From contig JASHTX010000036.1 of NCBI GenBank assembly GCA_030040335.1, forward strand, positions 1 through 50,861: 50,861 nucleotides of DNA, read 5' to 3'. Shown here in pieces: positions 1 to 9,151 of the stretch (positions are counted from its first letter, which is position 1; the number at the start of each line of letters is the position of its first letter). Position numbers and translations under genes: made by a program. This DNA comes from Candidatus Micrarchaeota archaeon. Its GTDB lineage: Archaea > Micrarchaeota > Micrarchaeia > Micrarchaeales > CABMGC01. The notes below the pieces were generated by a model, which was given only the letters and a program-made list of their open reading frames with translations, was not told the DNA's origin and made no database searches.

Positions 1-90
1 TTGCCGATGCTAGCTCTTGCCTAGAATCCTGATAGCTGATGCCACAAGCTTAAAATACTTTTACGCCGCATTTCCTTTGTTGGCGACCTG

Positions 91-504
91 ATGAAGATAC
101 TCGACCTATTCGGCAAGAAGGACTCAGCGCAAGAACTTGGCAGGACGCTGCCGTATCGCATAGCCTCAGAGTTCATACCGTACCGGCTCTACGCCAACAG
201 AAAGGGCTCGGCCCTCATGCTTCTCAAACTGAAGAACCTTACAGCGGAGCCCGTTCTGAGCTCGATAGTTGTTGAAGTCCCGAAGGGACTCAGCCTAGAC
301 ACAACTGGCCTGTCAGCTGCAAAGGAGCTGCGCCTCGGCATGCTCGCTCCTGGAGAGGAGAAGGAGGCACGCGCAGAAGTTTTCGGGGATACCGTCACTG
401 ACAAGGGCGAATACACGCTTTCGATCACCGCTTTCATCCACTACCGCGACTACGGCCACGTGCTGAACGCGATGAAGAAGAAGACACTCCTGGAAGTAGT
501 CTGA
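91..504 (+). CDS. hypothetical protein (137 aa)
   Basis: Intact ORF with an AT-rich TATA-like stretch about 35 nt upstream. No motif I recognise. Confidence 0.5.
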   Translation: MKILDLFGKKDSAQELGRTLPYRIASEFIPYRLYANRKGSALMLLKLKNLTAEPVLSSIVVEVPKGLSLDTTGLSAAKELRLGMLAPGEEKEARAEVFGDTVTDKGEYTLSITAFIHYRDYGHVLNAMKKKTLLEVV

Positions 505-604
505 GCTTCTTATGGCATTTAACGAGAATAAAAAGAGAAAGAGAAATACGCAATAGATATAAATATTCTCTGTCTATAGAGAAATATCATACAAAGGCGA
601 AAAC

Positions 605-859
605 ATGGTAAAATACGTTATTGCTGAACAACTAATCGGCAAGGAAGTAATGACAAGCGATGGCATAGATCTGGGAAGGTTCCTCGATGCGGAAATAAAC
701 GAAGTTACGGGCAAGTTGACCGCCTTGGTTGTTGAGCCGAACGCTGACAACGAATTCGTCAAGAAGCTTGATGTCAAGGAGGGCAAGCTGAAGGTCCCTT
801 ATGCCAGCGTGATGGCGGTGAACGACTTCATTGTCGTCGACAGGAAGGGCGTGGCGTAG
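605..859 (+). CDS. PRC-barrel domain protein (84 aa)
   Basis: 'LIGKEVMTSDGIDLGRFLDAEINEVTGKLTALVVEP' is typical of small archaeal PRC-barrel proteins. Confidence 0.6.
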   Translation: MVKYVIAEQLIGKEVMTSDGIDLGRFLDAEINEVTGKLTALVVEPNADNEFVKKLDVKEGKLKVPYASVMAVNDFIVVDRKGVA

Positions 860-920
860 GCTGATTTTCAGGTTTTGGAAAAGTTTTAATGCTTAGCTTG
901 AGCATTATATACACGGTGTT

Positions 921-1625
921 TTGATAATAATCGGGGGCGGAGACGAAGCCGGCAGGGGGGCGGTGATAGGGCCGCTTGTCATAGGCATCGTCTGCGTCAG
1001 CAAGGGAAAGGAGAAGCAGTTCTCTGACATAGGCGTAAGGGACTCGAAGCTTCTCACAAGGAGAAAGAGAGCCTTCCTTTTTGATGAGATACAGTCGATT
1101 TCCGAGGAGGTCAAGACCTACAAGATAAGCAACGATGAGATAAACAACGCTATGCGTGCAGGAATCTCATTGAACCAGCTCGAAGCTATGCATTTCGCAA
1201 GGCTGATCGACGGCCTAAAAAGCGATGTGGAGAAGATGTACATAGACTCGCCTGATGTGCTGGCCGAGAGATTCGGAATCCGCATAGGATTGTTCGCGAA
1301 AAAGCCATCCACTGTTGTAGGAGTCAAGGGCCAGGTCAAGGATGGCTCGAGGATCAGGATAATATCAGAGCACAAGGCCGATGCAAGGTATCCTGTCGTA
1401 TCAGGAGCCAGCATAATGGCCAAGGTCATAAGGGACGAGGAGATGGAGAGGATAGCCGATGAGGCTGGAGTCGATGCTGGTTCCGGATATCCGGGTGACA
1501 AGAATACTGTGGAGGCAATAAAGGAAAACCTCTCGACAAAAAAGCTAAATCCGTACATACGCGAGTACTGGAAAACCCTTGAGAGAATAAAACAGAGGAA
1601 GATAAAAGAGTTCGAGGGATTCTAG
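921..1625 (+). CDS. rnhB: ribonuclease HII
   Basis: N-terminal 'GGDEAGRGAVIGPLVIG' and 'DSKLLT' RNase HII signatures. Length is 234 aa. The apparent start is TTG. Confidence 0.9.
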   Translation: MIIIGGGDEAGRGAVIGPLVIGIVCVSKGKEKQFSDIGVRDSKLLTRRKRAFLFDEIQSISEEVKTYKISNDEINNAMRAGISLNQLEAMHFARLIDGLKSDVEKMYIDSPDVLAERFGIRIGLFAKKPSTVVGVKGQVKDGSRIRIISEHKADARYPVVSGASIMAKVIRDEEMERIADEAGVDAGSGYPGDKNTVEAIKENLSTKKLNPYIREYWKTLERIKQRKIKEFEGF

Positions 1626-1763
1626 TTGGTGTATTTCCGTATATGATGATTTACTTGTCTTCTTTCTATTACAATTTGGGGCAAAACTGGAAACTTACAA
1701 ATAAATAGGTATGTGTGGAAATAGATAGGCTGGGGTTTTGTTTTTTTGTGAAAAGGTGTTATA

Positions 1764-4151
1764 GTGGCTGTGATGGATGATAAAAATAAGCTGCAGGAAG
1801 AAGAAGAGTTGGGGGTTGTACAGAAGCATGTTGTGGGGCTGCCAAAAGAGACGCTTGATTTCTTTGGCGGGGACGAAATAAGGGCGCGGGTTTTCTACGA
1901 AAAATATGCCATGAGGGACGAGAATGGCAACAGGGTGGAGAAGCTGCCGAGCGAGATGTGGCGCAGGGTCGCCCACGAACTAGCCAGCGTGGAGCTGGAT
2001 GACAACAAGAGAAGCGAGTGGTACGAGAAGTTCATGTGGCTGCTTGAGGATTTCAGGTTTGTGCCTGGCGGCAGGATAATGTTTGGCGCAGGGGCAAGGA
2101 AAAGAGCGACGCTCCTGAACTGCTACGTAATCCCTGTCAAGGGAGACTCGATAGAACAGATATTCGATTGGTGCAAGGAAGCGGCAAGAACATACAGCCT
2201 GGGCGGAGGCGTGGGCACCGACATAAGCGTGCTCAGGCCGAGGGGCGCACCTGTAAACAACAGTGCTGTCTTCTCGAGCGGTGCGGTCTCCTTCATGGAA
2301 ATAATGAGCGAGACAACGCACACGATCGGCCAGAACGGCAGGCGCGGGGCACTCATGATAACGATCAGCGTCGACCATCCTGATGTGGCGGAGTTTGTAA
2401 GAGTGAAGCAGAACAGGACGCAGGTGAGGCACGCAAACATAAGCATAAAGATAACCGATGAGTTCATGCGGGCAGTTGAGGCTGACACAGACTTTACGCT
2501 CAGGTTCCACAACGACAAGGTAAACATGGAGAGGAAGGTGAAAGCAAGGCTACTCTGGAACGAGCTGGTCAAGTCGGCAAGAGACTGGGCAGAGCCGGGC
2601 CTTGTCTTCTGGGACACTATGAAGAAGTACTCGCCGAGCGAGTACAACGGAATGGAGGTGATAACCACCAACCCGTGCTCCGAGCAGCCGCTGCAGGCCT
2701 ACGGCGCATGCGACCTCGGTAGCCTGAACTTGTCGGCTTTCGTGCTCGATGCATTCACCGAAAACGCCCGAATAGACTGGGCAAGCCTGGAGAAGGCGGT
2801 CAGATATGCTATGCGCTTCCTTGACAACGTCCTCGACTACAACAACGACAGGCATCCGCTCAAGTTTCAGTCAGAAGCCGTCAGCAAGAGCAGGAGGACA
2901 GGACTAGGAGTCACAGGACTGGGCGACATGCTGGTAAAGCTCAAGATGAAGTACGACAGCGAGGAGGCATTGACATTCATCAACAAGCTTTTTGAAAGCA
3001 TAAAGAACAGCTCCTATGACGAGAGCACGAAGATAGCCAAGGAGAAAGGCTCGTTCCCGCTCTTTGACAAGCAGAAGCACCTTTCGATGCCGTTCATACA
3101 GACGCTGAACACAGAAATAAGGGAGAAGATAGCGAAAGATGGATTGAGGAATGTGGCTCTGCTCACGGTGCCGCCGGTTGGCAGCGGTTCAGTGCTCGCG
3201 GGTACATCTAGCGGCATAGAGCCGATATTCGCGTTCAGCTATACACGCAGGTCAGAGTCGCTTAGTAAGGAGTTCTTCAAGGTCTACCACCCGCTCGTCC
3301 TGGATTACATGAGGGTCGCGGGGCTCAAGGATGACGCTAACCTGCCGAGCTTCTTCGTTGCTGCGCACACGATAAAGCCGGAGTTCAGGGTCAGGCTTCA
3401 GGGAATCATACAAAAGCACATAGACAGCGCAATCTCTTCAACGGTCAACCTGCCTGAAAACACAACAGCGGAGCAGGTAGGAGACATATACATGATGGCC
3501 TGGAAGGCAGGATGCAAGGGCATAACGGTATACCGCGAAGGATCGAGGGAAGGCGTGCTGATAACGGAGGAGGAGGAAAAGAGGCAGCAGGCAAAGGCGA
3601 AACCGGAGGAGAAGGCATGGGACAGGCCGCAGGCGATGGTCGGCAAGACCGTGAAGCTGAGGATGCAGGGCACCTCTCTATACGTAACCGCTAACATTGA
3701 TGAGAAAGGTCAGATAAGAGAGGTCTTCATAAACATGGGTCACACCGGAAGCCAGGAGAAGAGCTACACAGAGGCGATAGGAAGGCTGATAAGCAGATAC
3801 CTGCAGCTAAACGGAGATCTCACCGACGTAATAGCGAGCCTTAAGGGAATAAAGGCGAATGACTCGATAACGTGGGACCGCGGACTGAAGCTTTACAGCG
3901 TTCCAGACGCGATTGCAAAATCTCTGGAAATAGCGTTGGGCGTAAGCAGCTTCAAGGCGAGCCCACTCTCAGAGCACGGTAAGCAGGAAGAGCAGCTCGA
4001 GGATGGGAGGCAGATGGCTGTGGGCTTTGGAGACTCAAAGAAACAGGACAGGGTCCAGCCAGAGGACTGCCCGGAGTGCAGCGAGAAGATGCTCGTTTAT
4101 GAAAGCGGCTGCTATACGTGCAAAAACTGCGGCTACACGAAGTGCTCGTGA
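1764..4151 (+). CDS. nrdJ: class II (adenosylcobalamin-dependent) ribonucleotide reductase with C-terminal CxxC...CxxC zinc-ribbon tail
   Basis: Active-site 'TNPCSEQPL', 'GGGVGTDIS' and 'ISSTVNLP' motifs. The C-terminus is 'CPECSEKMLVYESGCYTCKNCGYTKCS'. At 795 aa there is no intein-sized insertion. The start could be GTG at 1764 or ATG at 1773. Confidence 0.9.
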   Translation: MAVMDDKNKLQEEEELGVVQKHVVGLPKETLDFFGGDEIRARVFYEKYAMRDENGNRVEKLPSEMWRRVAHELASVELDDNKRSEWYEKFMWLLEDFRFVPGGRIMFGAGARKRATLLNCYVIPVKGDSIEQIFDWCKEAARTYSLGGGVGTDISVLRPRGAPVNNSAVFSSGAVSFMEIMSETTHTIGQNGRRGALMITISVDHPDVAEFVRVKQNRTQVRHANISIKITDEFMRAVEADTDFTLRFHNDKVNMERKVKARLLWNELVKSARDWAEPGLVFWDTMKKYSPSEYNGMEVITTNPCSEQPLQAYGACDLGSLNLSAFVLDAFTENARIDWASLEKAVRYAMRFLDNVLDYNNDRHPLKFQSEAVSKSRRTGLGVTGLGDMLVKLKMKYDSEEALTFINKLFESIKNSSYDESTKIAKEKGSFPLFDKQKHLSMPFIQTLNTEIREKIAKDGLRNVALLTVPPVGSGSVLAGTSSGIEPIFAFSYTRRSESLSKEFFKVYHPLVLDYMRVAGLKDDANLPSFFVAAHTIKPEFRVRLQGIIQKHIDSAISSTVNLPENTTAEQVGDIYMMAWKAGCKGITVYREGSREGVLITEEEEKRQQAKAKPEEKAWDRPQAMVGKTVKLRMQGTSLYVTANIDEKGQIREVFINMGHTGSQEKSYTEAIGRLISRYLQLNGDLTDVIASLKGIKANDSITWDRGLKLYSVPDAIAKSLEIALGVSSFKASPLSEHGKQEEQLEDGRQMAVGFGDSKKQDRVQPEDCPECSEKMLVYESGCYTCKNCGYTKCS

Positions 4152-4643
4152 TCAGCTGACTGAAAGAGCCAACTGCCCTTCCACTGTATGGGGAAACCCG
4201 CTATTCGAATCAGTGTAGTTTATGATTATGTAGCCTGTGTAGGCTCCGCCAACTACCCCGTTGTAGGCCGATCCTCCTGACCAGCACTCAACATTGAAGG
4301 TGTAGTTCGCTCCTATAAGCATCCTTACCTGGTTGTCTGGGGGTGCGGGGCAGACAGAATTGGGACAGTACATGTGGGCCACTGTGTTGTTCTTGTTGCA
4401 TCCGTAAGAAGTGACATTTATCGGCGCAGTGGTCACCTGGAGCAGGTTTATGGTCAGCAACCCGTTGCTGGAAAGGAAGACGCTTGAGCATGCAAGGCCT
4501 CCTGGGAGTATGCACTGGGTCCCGACGCTCGGTTTGAAGAGGCCGATTGCGAACAGCGCTGCGACCACGAGAGCTATGATCAGTATCGCCCAGGAGTAGG
4601 TCATCAGGTACTCGGTGGCGCTCTGAAGCTTGAAAGACGGCAT
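4152..4643 (-). CDS. archaeal type IV pilin-like protein (class III signal peptide)
   Basis: The N-terminus 'MPSFKLQSATEYLMTYSWAILIIALVVAALFAIGLF' matches the archaeal prepilin motif: short basic leader, Q/S cleavage region, then a hydrophobic helix. The globular part is Cys-rich with NxS/T sequons. Confidence 0.65.
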   Translation of the reverse strand: MPSFKLQSATEYLMTYSWAILIIALVVAALFAIGLFKPSVGTQCILPGGLACSSVFLSSNGLLTINLLQVTTAPINVTSYGCNKNNTVAHMYCPNSVCPAPPDNQVRMLIGANYTFNVECWSGGSAYNGVVGGAYTGYIIINYTDSNSGFPHTVEGQLALSVS

Positions 4644-4702
4644 TTCTACCCTACTTACTGCACTCTAAAGAAATAAAAAAACTTCCAGCAAGATAATATG
4701 GC

Positions 4703-6052
4703 TTGTTTGGTGCTTTACTGGTAGATATACTAATAATCGACAGGGCGCTGATGGGCTTTTCGCTCGCAGTCCACATAATCCTGGCCGTAATAGGGATGTC
4801 GCTGCCCGTGATGATATCAGCGGCAGAACTGCTCAGCATGCGCGGCGGGAACTCGGGATACAAGGTGCTTGCAAGCAGGATGACAAAAGCGCTCGTCCTC
4901 TTCTTTGCTGTTGGCACGGCAAGCGGAACGGTGGTGGCTATGGAGCTTTTCCTGCTCTGGCCAAAGTTCATGGCGCTCGCGGGGCAGGTGGCAATACTCC
5001 CGGTCTACATGGAGGTCTTCGCCTTCTTCACAGAGGCGATCTTCATAGCGATATACGTCCACACGTTCGACAGCGACTGGGGCAAGCTGCGCCACTGGCT
5101 CGCGTCGGTCATCATAATAATCGGATCTGCGGCGACCGCAATGTTCATCACGCTCCTAAACGCTTTCATGAACACACCCGTCGGCTTCAATATTCAGACA
5201 TACCTTCAGACCGGAAACCTCACAGACATAAGCCCTACAGCCGTCTTCTCTTCGCCTTCAGCAGGGGTCGAGGTTCCGCATGTGCTGGCCACCTCGTATT
5301 TCGCAGGAATCATGCTGATTCTCGCATACCTTGCCTACGGCTTCATAAAATCTGATTCGGATGTGCTCAGGCGCTACTACGGCAGCGGTATGCGAATCGC
5401 CTTCGCAATAGGCATCGTGGCCACTCTCGCAGCTCTGGTAACGGGAATCGTGTCCATAACCAGCCTCTATTCTCTGCAGCCAGAGAAGTACGCAGCGCTT
5501 GAGGCGGATCTCGTGCCGATGGCCAACGCTCCCGAGTACATAGGAGGGTTGTTCATAAATGGTTCATACAAGTATTACATAGCAATCCCGGGCTTGCAGA
5601 GCCTGCTCGCCACAGGAAGCCTGTCGGGTAGCGTGCCAGGTCTCAGTTCTTATCCTCAGAGCACATGGCCTCCGCTCTTTCCTCTGCACGTCATGTTCGA
5701 CGTTGTCGTCTTCGGGGGTTTTCTTGAAGGATTGCTGATGTTTTTGATCGTAGCAATGGCCTTTTTGCGCATGAAACCATTGGAGAACAAGACTGTCCTT
5801 TGGCTGCTGGTTGCTGCCGGAGTCTTCGGCCTGTTTGTACTGGAAGACGGATGGATAATGGAGGAACTTGGGAGACAGCCGTGGATAATATACAACGTGA
5901 TGACCGTTGCATCAGCAGCCAACTACTCTACTGGTGTGCTGCCGATCATGGCGCTCCTTGCTCTCTTTTACATAACAGTGATACCGTTCACGATAATCGT
6001 CCTGAACAGGGTCTTGCGCGCTGAAAAGCTTGAGGAGGTGTTGAAGGCATGA
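4703..6052 (+). CDS. cydA: cytochrome bd-type quinol oxidase subunit I
   Basis: Multi-TM protein with the conserved 'GRQPW' motif and an N-terminal 'FSLAVHIIL' His-containing helix. The start appears to be TTG. Confidence 0.85.
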   Translation: MFGALLVDILIIDRALMGFSLAVHIILAVIGMSLPVMISAAELLSMRGGNSGYKVLASRMTKALVLFFAVGTASGTVVAMELFLLWPKFMALAGQVAILPVYMEVFAFFTEAIFIAIYVHTFDSDWGKLRHWLASVIIIIGSAATAMFITLLNAFMNTPVGFNIQTYLQTGNLTDISPTAVFSSPSAGVEVPHVLATSYFAGIMLILAYLAYGFIKSDSDVLRRYYGSGMRIAFAIGIVATLAALVTGIVSITSLYSLQPEKYAALEADLVPMANAPEYIGGLFINGSYKYYIAIPGLQSLLATGSLSGSVPGLSSYPQSTWPPLFPLHVMFDVVVFGGFLEGLLMFLIVAMAFLRMKPLENKTVLWLLVAAGVFGLFVLEDGWIMEELGRQPWIIYNVMTVASAANYSTGVLPIMALLALFYITVIPFTIIVLNRVLRAEKLEEVLKA

Positions 6053-6990
6053 ACTTCCTTTACATAATAAACTACGTGATCTTCGCAGTATTCTTCACGC
6101 TCTTCACCTTAGAGCTTGGAGTCGCGCTGACGTTCCTGAAAAACAAGGATGAAGATGTTCGCAACCGCTTGCAGAAGTTCATAGGACCACTCTGGCAGCT
6201 AAACGGCACGTTCGCAGTCTTCTATCTGGTAAACTTTGAAGCCACGTATCCGCTGCTGCTCAACGTGGTGGGCTACGCATACATAATCCCATTGATGGTG
6301 GCCGCGCTCGCTTTCATACTCAGGAATGCATTCATATCTTACAGCGGATATACGAGCGACCCTGCAAAGCACGACAGATATCTGAAGATCTACAGCCTTG
6401 CCACGCTGATAACCTACTTCCTTGTGGCCTCGGTATTCGCATCTGCTGTAAGCGGGATAGGGATAAATGTCGATAATGCCTCAATCGAGATCCTCTCGGT
6501 GCTCTTCAATCCCTTCAACATAATCGCATTTGCTGGATTAGTGCTGTTGGGACTTTTCTCGGTAGAGTCGTTCTTCGGGATTCGAAGCAGAAAGTTTGTG
6601 ACAATGATGTTTGGAATTCTCTCGTTTGGCATCCTCTCTGTTGCTTTTGCGGTTTATCTGCCTTTCCTGTTTCAAGGCTCTCTTGCGCTCTACTCGCTAG
6701 CAGGACTGACAATCTTCATAGCGATTTATCTCTTTTCATTGTTAAGGGGCAGCGGCGCAACCAGGCTTTTCGCCATAGTCTGGCCTCTGCTCGTGATACT
6801 TAGCTTCGGGGTTGTAGAGTATCCTGCAGTCTTTGGAAACACGGCGAGTCTGCTCACATACATGACAAACTCAGCATCGGGCTTCTGGATCAGCGTTGTA
6901 AGTGCTGTAGGAGGCACGCTGCTTGTGATTTACATTGCCTACTTCATCAGTGCAGTATACTTAAAGAAACCGAACGGGGAAGGATACTGA
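6049..6990 (+). CDS. cydB: cytochrome bd-type quinol oxidase subunit II
   Basis: The start overlaps the cydA stop (ATGA). It is an 8-9 TM protein of the size expected for CydB. Confidence 0.7.
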   Translation: MNFLYIINYVIFAVFFTLFTLELGVALTFLKNKDEDVRNRLQKFIGPLWQLNGTFAVFYLVNFEATYPLLLNVVGYAYIIPLMVAALAFILRNAFISYSGYTSDPAKHDRYLKIYSLATLITYFLVASVFASAVSGIGINVDNASIEILSVLFNPFNIIAFAGLVLLGLFSVESFFGIRSRKFVTMMFGILSFGILSVAFAVYLPFLFQGSLALYSLAGLTIFIAIYLFSLLRGSGATRLFAIVWPLLVILSFGVVEYPAVFGNTASLLTYMTNSASGFWISVVSAVGGTLLVIYIAYFISAVYLKKPNGEGY

Positions 6991-6999
6991 GTTGAAATC

Positions 7000-7659
7000 A
7001 TGGTTGGATTGCAAGCTGTTGTGGAACTCTCGACTATCATAATCCTGGTATTGACAGTCATACTTGCCTACTATCTCACCCTAGGGTATATGCGCAAGAG
7101 GAATTCGAGCTACCTGTTCTGGAGCCTTGGGCTCTGGTCCTTCGCAATCGGTGTCATATTGGAAATTGCCTTCGCATTCGGAGTATACAGCGAGTTCCTC
7201 ATAGATCTGTATCTGCTGGTAGTGGTCTTGATTGTGGACTTCCTCGCCATGGGATCCATCCGTTTGCTTTCCAGCAAGAGAGCGACAATGTCTTACGACT
7301 ATTTCGTAATCCTTTCTTCAGTGCTTGTGCTCATTTCTCTGCTTACTTCAAACGTGGGCAACATCATACAGAACTATGTCGTCTTCGGCAACCTGCCTCT
7401 TTCTGTGATATTGACATCGTCTCTTGCGACTTTTCCGGCTGCAATAGTAATAATAGTTGTTGCCGCAATGAGCTACAGAAAGACCAGGAGCGTGAAGATG
7501 CTGAGCATAATAGCAGGCGTTATAGTAGTGAGCATTGCGGGGACGCTTTACATAGCATCAATACCTGAGTTTCTCTATTTCTCCGAGTTCTTTGGCATAC
7601 TTCTCCTCTGGCTGGGTTTCTTCGACTTCAGCAGCCTGAGGGGCAAGATGGTAAAGTAG
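7000..7659 (+). CDS. hypothetical ~7-TM membrane protein
   Basis: Hydrophobic 219-aa ORF lying 9 nt downstream of cydB on the same strand. Confidence 0.5.
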   Translation: MVGLQAVVELSTIIILVLTVILAYYLTLGYMRKRNSSYLFWSLGLWSFAIGVILEIAFAFGVYSEFLIDLYLLVVVLIVDFLAMGSIRLLSSKRATMSYDYFVILSSVLVLISLLTSNVGNIIQNYVVFGNLPLSVILTSSLATFPAAIVIIVVAAMSYRKTRSVKMLSIIAGVIVVSIAGTLYIASIPEFLYFSEFFGILLLWLGFFDFSSLRGKMVK

Positions 7660-7667
7660 GAAGATGT

Positions 7668-8261
7668 ATGAGCAGAGTAATCATCGTGCACAGATGGGGA
7701 GGAAATTCGGGCAGCGACTGGATACCTTGGCTGGCTGACGAATTGAGGACACGTGACATAGAAGTCGCTGTTCCGGATATGCCCAAGACAAACGAACCAG
7801 AGATCGCGCTATGGATACCTTACCTTGCCAGCGTCGTAAAGGAAGTGAATGAAGACACATTCTTTGTAGGGCACAGCGTCGGCTGCCAGGCAATAATGAG
7901 ATATCTCCAGGAACTATCGAGTGATAAGAAGATAGGAGGGGCGGTCTTTGTTGCAGGCTTCGTAAACCTTAAGGAGCAGGGGCAGGGCGAGGAGCAGAAA
8001 GTCAAAGAGTGGCTTGAGACGCCAATTAATTGGCCGAACGTGAAAGCCCATACGAGTTCGTTCGTGTACATCTACTCTGACAATGATCCATTTGTTCCAG
8101 AGAGCGATGCGCAGATATTCAGAGAAAAACTGAATGCGAAGCTGGTACTTGATGAGGGCAAGGGGCACTTCACTGCGGGTGGTGGGGTAACAGAGCTCAC
8201 AACCGCACTTGACGAACTTCTGCTCATAATGGGGCTGCCTGTAGAAACAAGGTCTACTTAG
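7668..8261 (+). CDS. alpha/beta serine hydrolase (YdeN/RBBP9-like)
   Basis: 'VIIVHRWGGNSGSDWIPWL', a nucleophile elbow 'GHSVG' and C-terminal 'GKGHF'. Confidence 0.65.
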   Translation: MSRVIIVHRWGGNSGSDWIPWLADELRTRDIEVAVPDMPKTNEPEIALWIPYLASVVKEVNEDTFFVGHSVGCQAIMRYLQELSSDKKIGGAVFVAGFVNLKEQGQGEEQKVKEWLETPINWPNVKAHTSSFVYIYSDNDPFVPESDAQIFREKLNAKLVLDEGKGHFTAGGGVTELTTALDELLLIMGLPVETRST

Positions 8262-9150
8262 TGACTATAGTGCAGGAATCCTTCTCCACTATCACTTCGT
8301 GCTCGGCCTGGGCCACCATCCCATTCCCTTTCTCCACCAGCGTGGGGAAAGAGGTTATCACGCCGAACGAATTGAGCTCGTTGATTGCCTTCCTTATCTT
8401 GAACTCGGAATCCAGTTCCTTGGAGAGCCAACGAATCGCAAAAGGGTATGTCTTGAAATCGCTGTCTATCTTTGATGTGATCTTCCTGGTTTCAGGAGAC
8501 CTCGGGTTTACCTCCCCGTTCTTCTGGAATATCTGAACGTTGTCGCTGTCAAGCACATATCCGACTCCATCCGTTACGAAGGTCTCTACAGCCACAACCT
8601 GCCCTTCCTCAAGTTTGGTAGTGTCTCCGTTGTCGAAGTTGGGTATGAATATCGATGCGTGGAGTTCATCCTCTTCTATCGCGTGGCCTCCGAGGTTCTT
8701 TATCGGGTTAAGGCCCTTCTTCTTGCATATCTCTTCCACCTCCCTCCCTATGGAATTCAGCTCTGTGCCTGCCCTTACCTTGCTCAGTGCGGCTTCCAGC
8801 GTTTCGTGCGCGGTTTCCACCAGTTTCGAGTAGTTGCCCGATAGGTCGATTGTTATTGCGGTATCTCCAAGCACTGTGCCAGACCGTGCGCCCAGGTCCA
8901 CTTTCACCAGGTCTTTCTCCCCAAATACAGAAGCGTCACTTATTGCAGCTGTGTAGTGAGCGGCCTGTTGGTTTACAGATATATTTACTGGAAACGCGAG
9001 CAGCATGCCCTTGCTTCTCATGAAGTCCTCCAGCTTCTCGCATACCTCGTATATCTTAGCATCTGGTTTTACCAGCGTCTTGGAGTATTCAAGAGCCTCC
9101 CGTGATATCTTGCCAACTTCCTTCAGTTTCTCATAATCGTATTCTGCCAT
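8254..9150 (-). CDS. map: methionine aminopeptidase, type 2 (archaeal)
   Basis: MetAP pita-bread motifs 'AHYTA', 'VKVDLGA' and 'GHAIEE', with the archaeal/eukaryotic insertion. It lies 1 nt downstream of polB. Confidence 0.85.
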   Translation of the reverse strand: MAEYDYEKLKEVGKISREALEYSKTLVKPDAKIYEVCEKLEDFMRSKGMLLAFPVNISVNQQAAHYTAAISDASVFGEKDLVKVDLGARSGTVLGDTAITIDLSGNYSKLVETAHETLEAALSKVRAGTELNSIGREVEEICKKKGLNPIKNLGGHAIEEDELHASIFIPNFDNGDTTKLEEGQVVAVETFVTDGVGYVLDSDNVQIFQKNGEVNPRSPETRKITSKIDSDFKTYPFAIRWLSKELDSEFKIRKAINELNSFGVITSFPTLVEKGNGMVAQAEHEVIVEKDSCTIVTK

Positions 9151-9151
9151 A

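Noticed and set aside
1643-1649. A C-box-like ATGATGA in the 138-nt region upstream of nrdJ, raising the possibility of a C/D box sRNA.
   Set aside because: No CTGA D or D' box, and no second C' box, at the expected 12-nt/50-60-nt spacing. The nearest candidate is CTGG.
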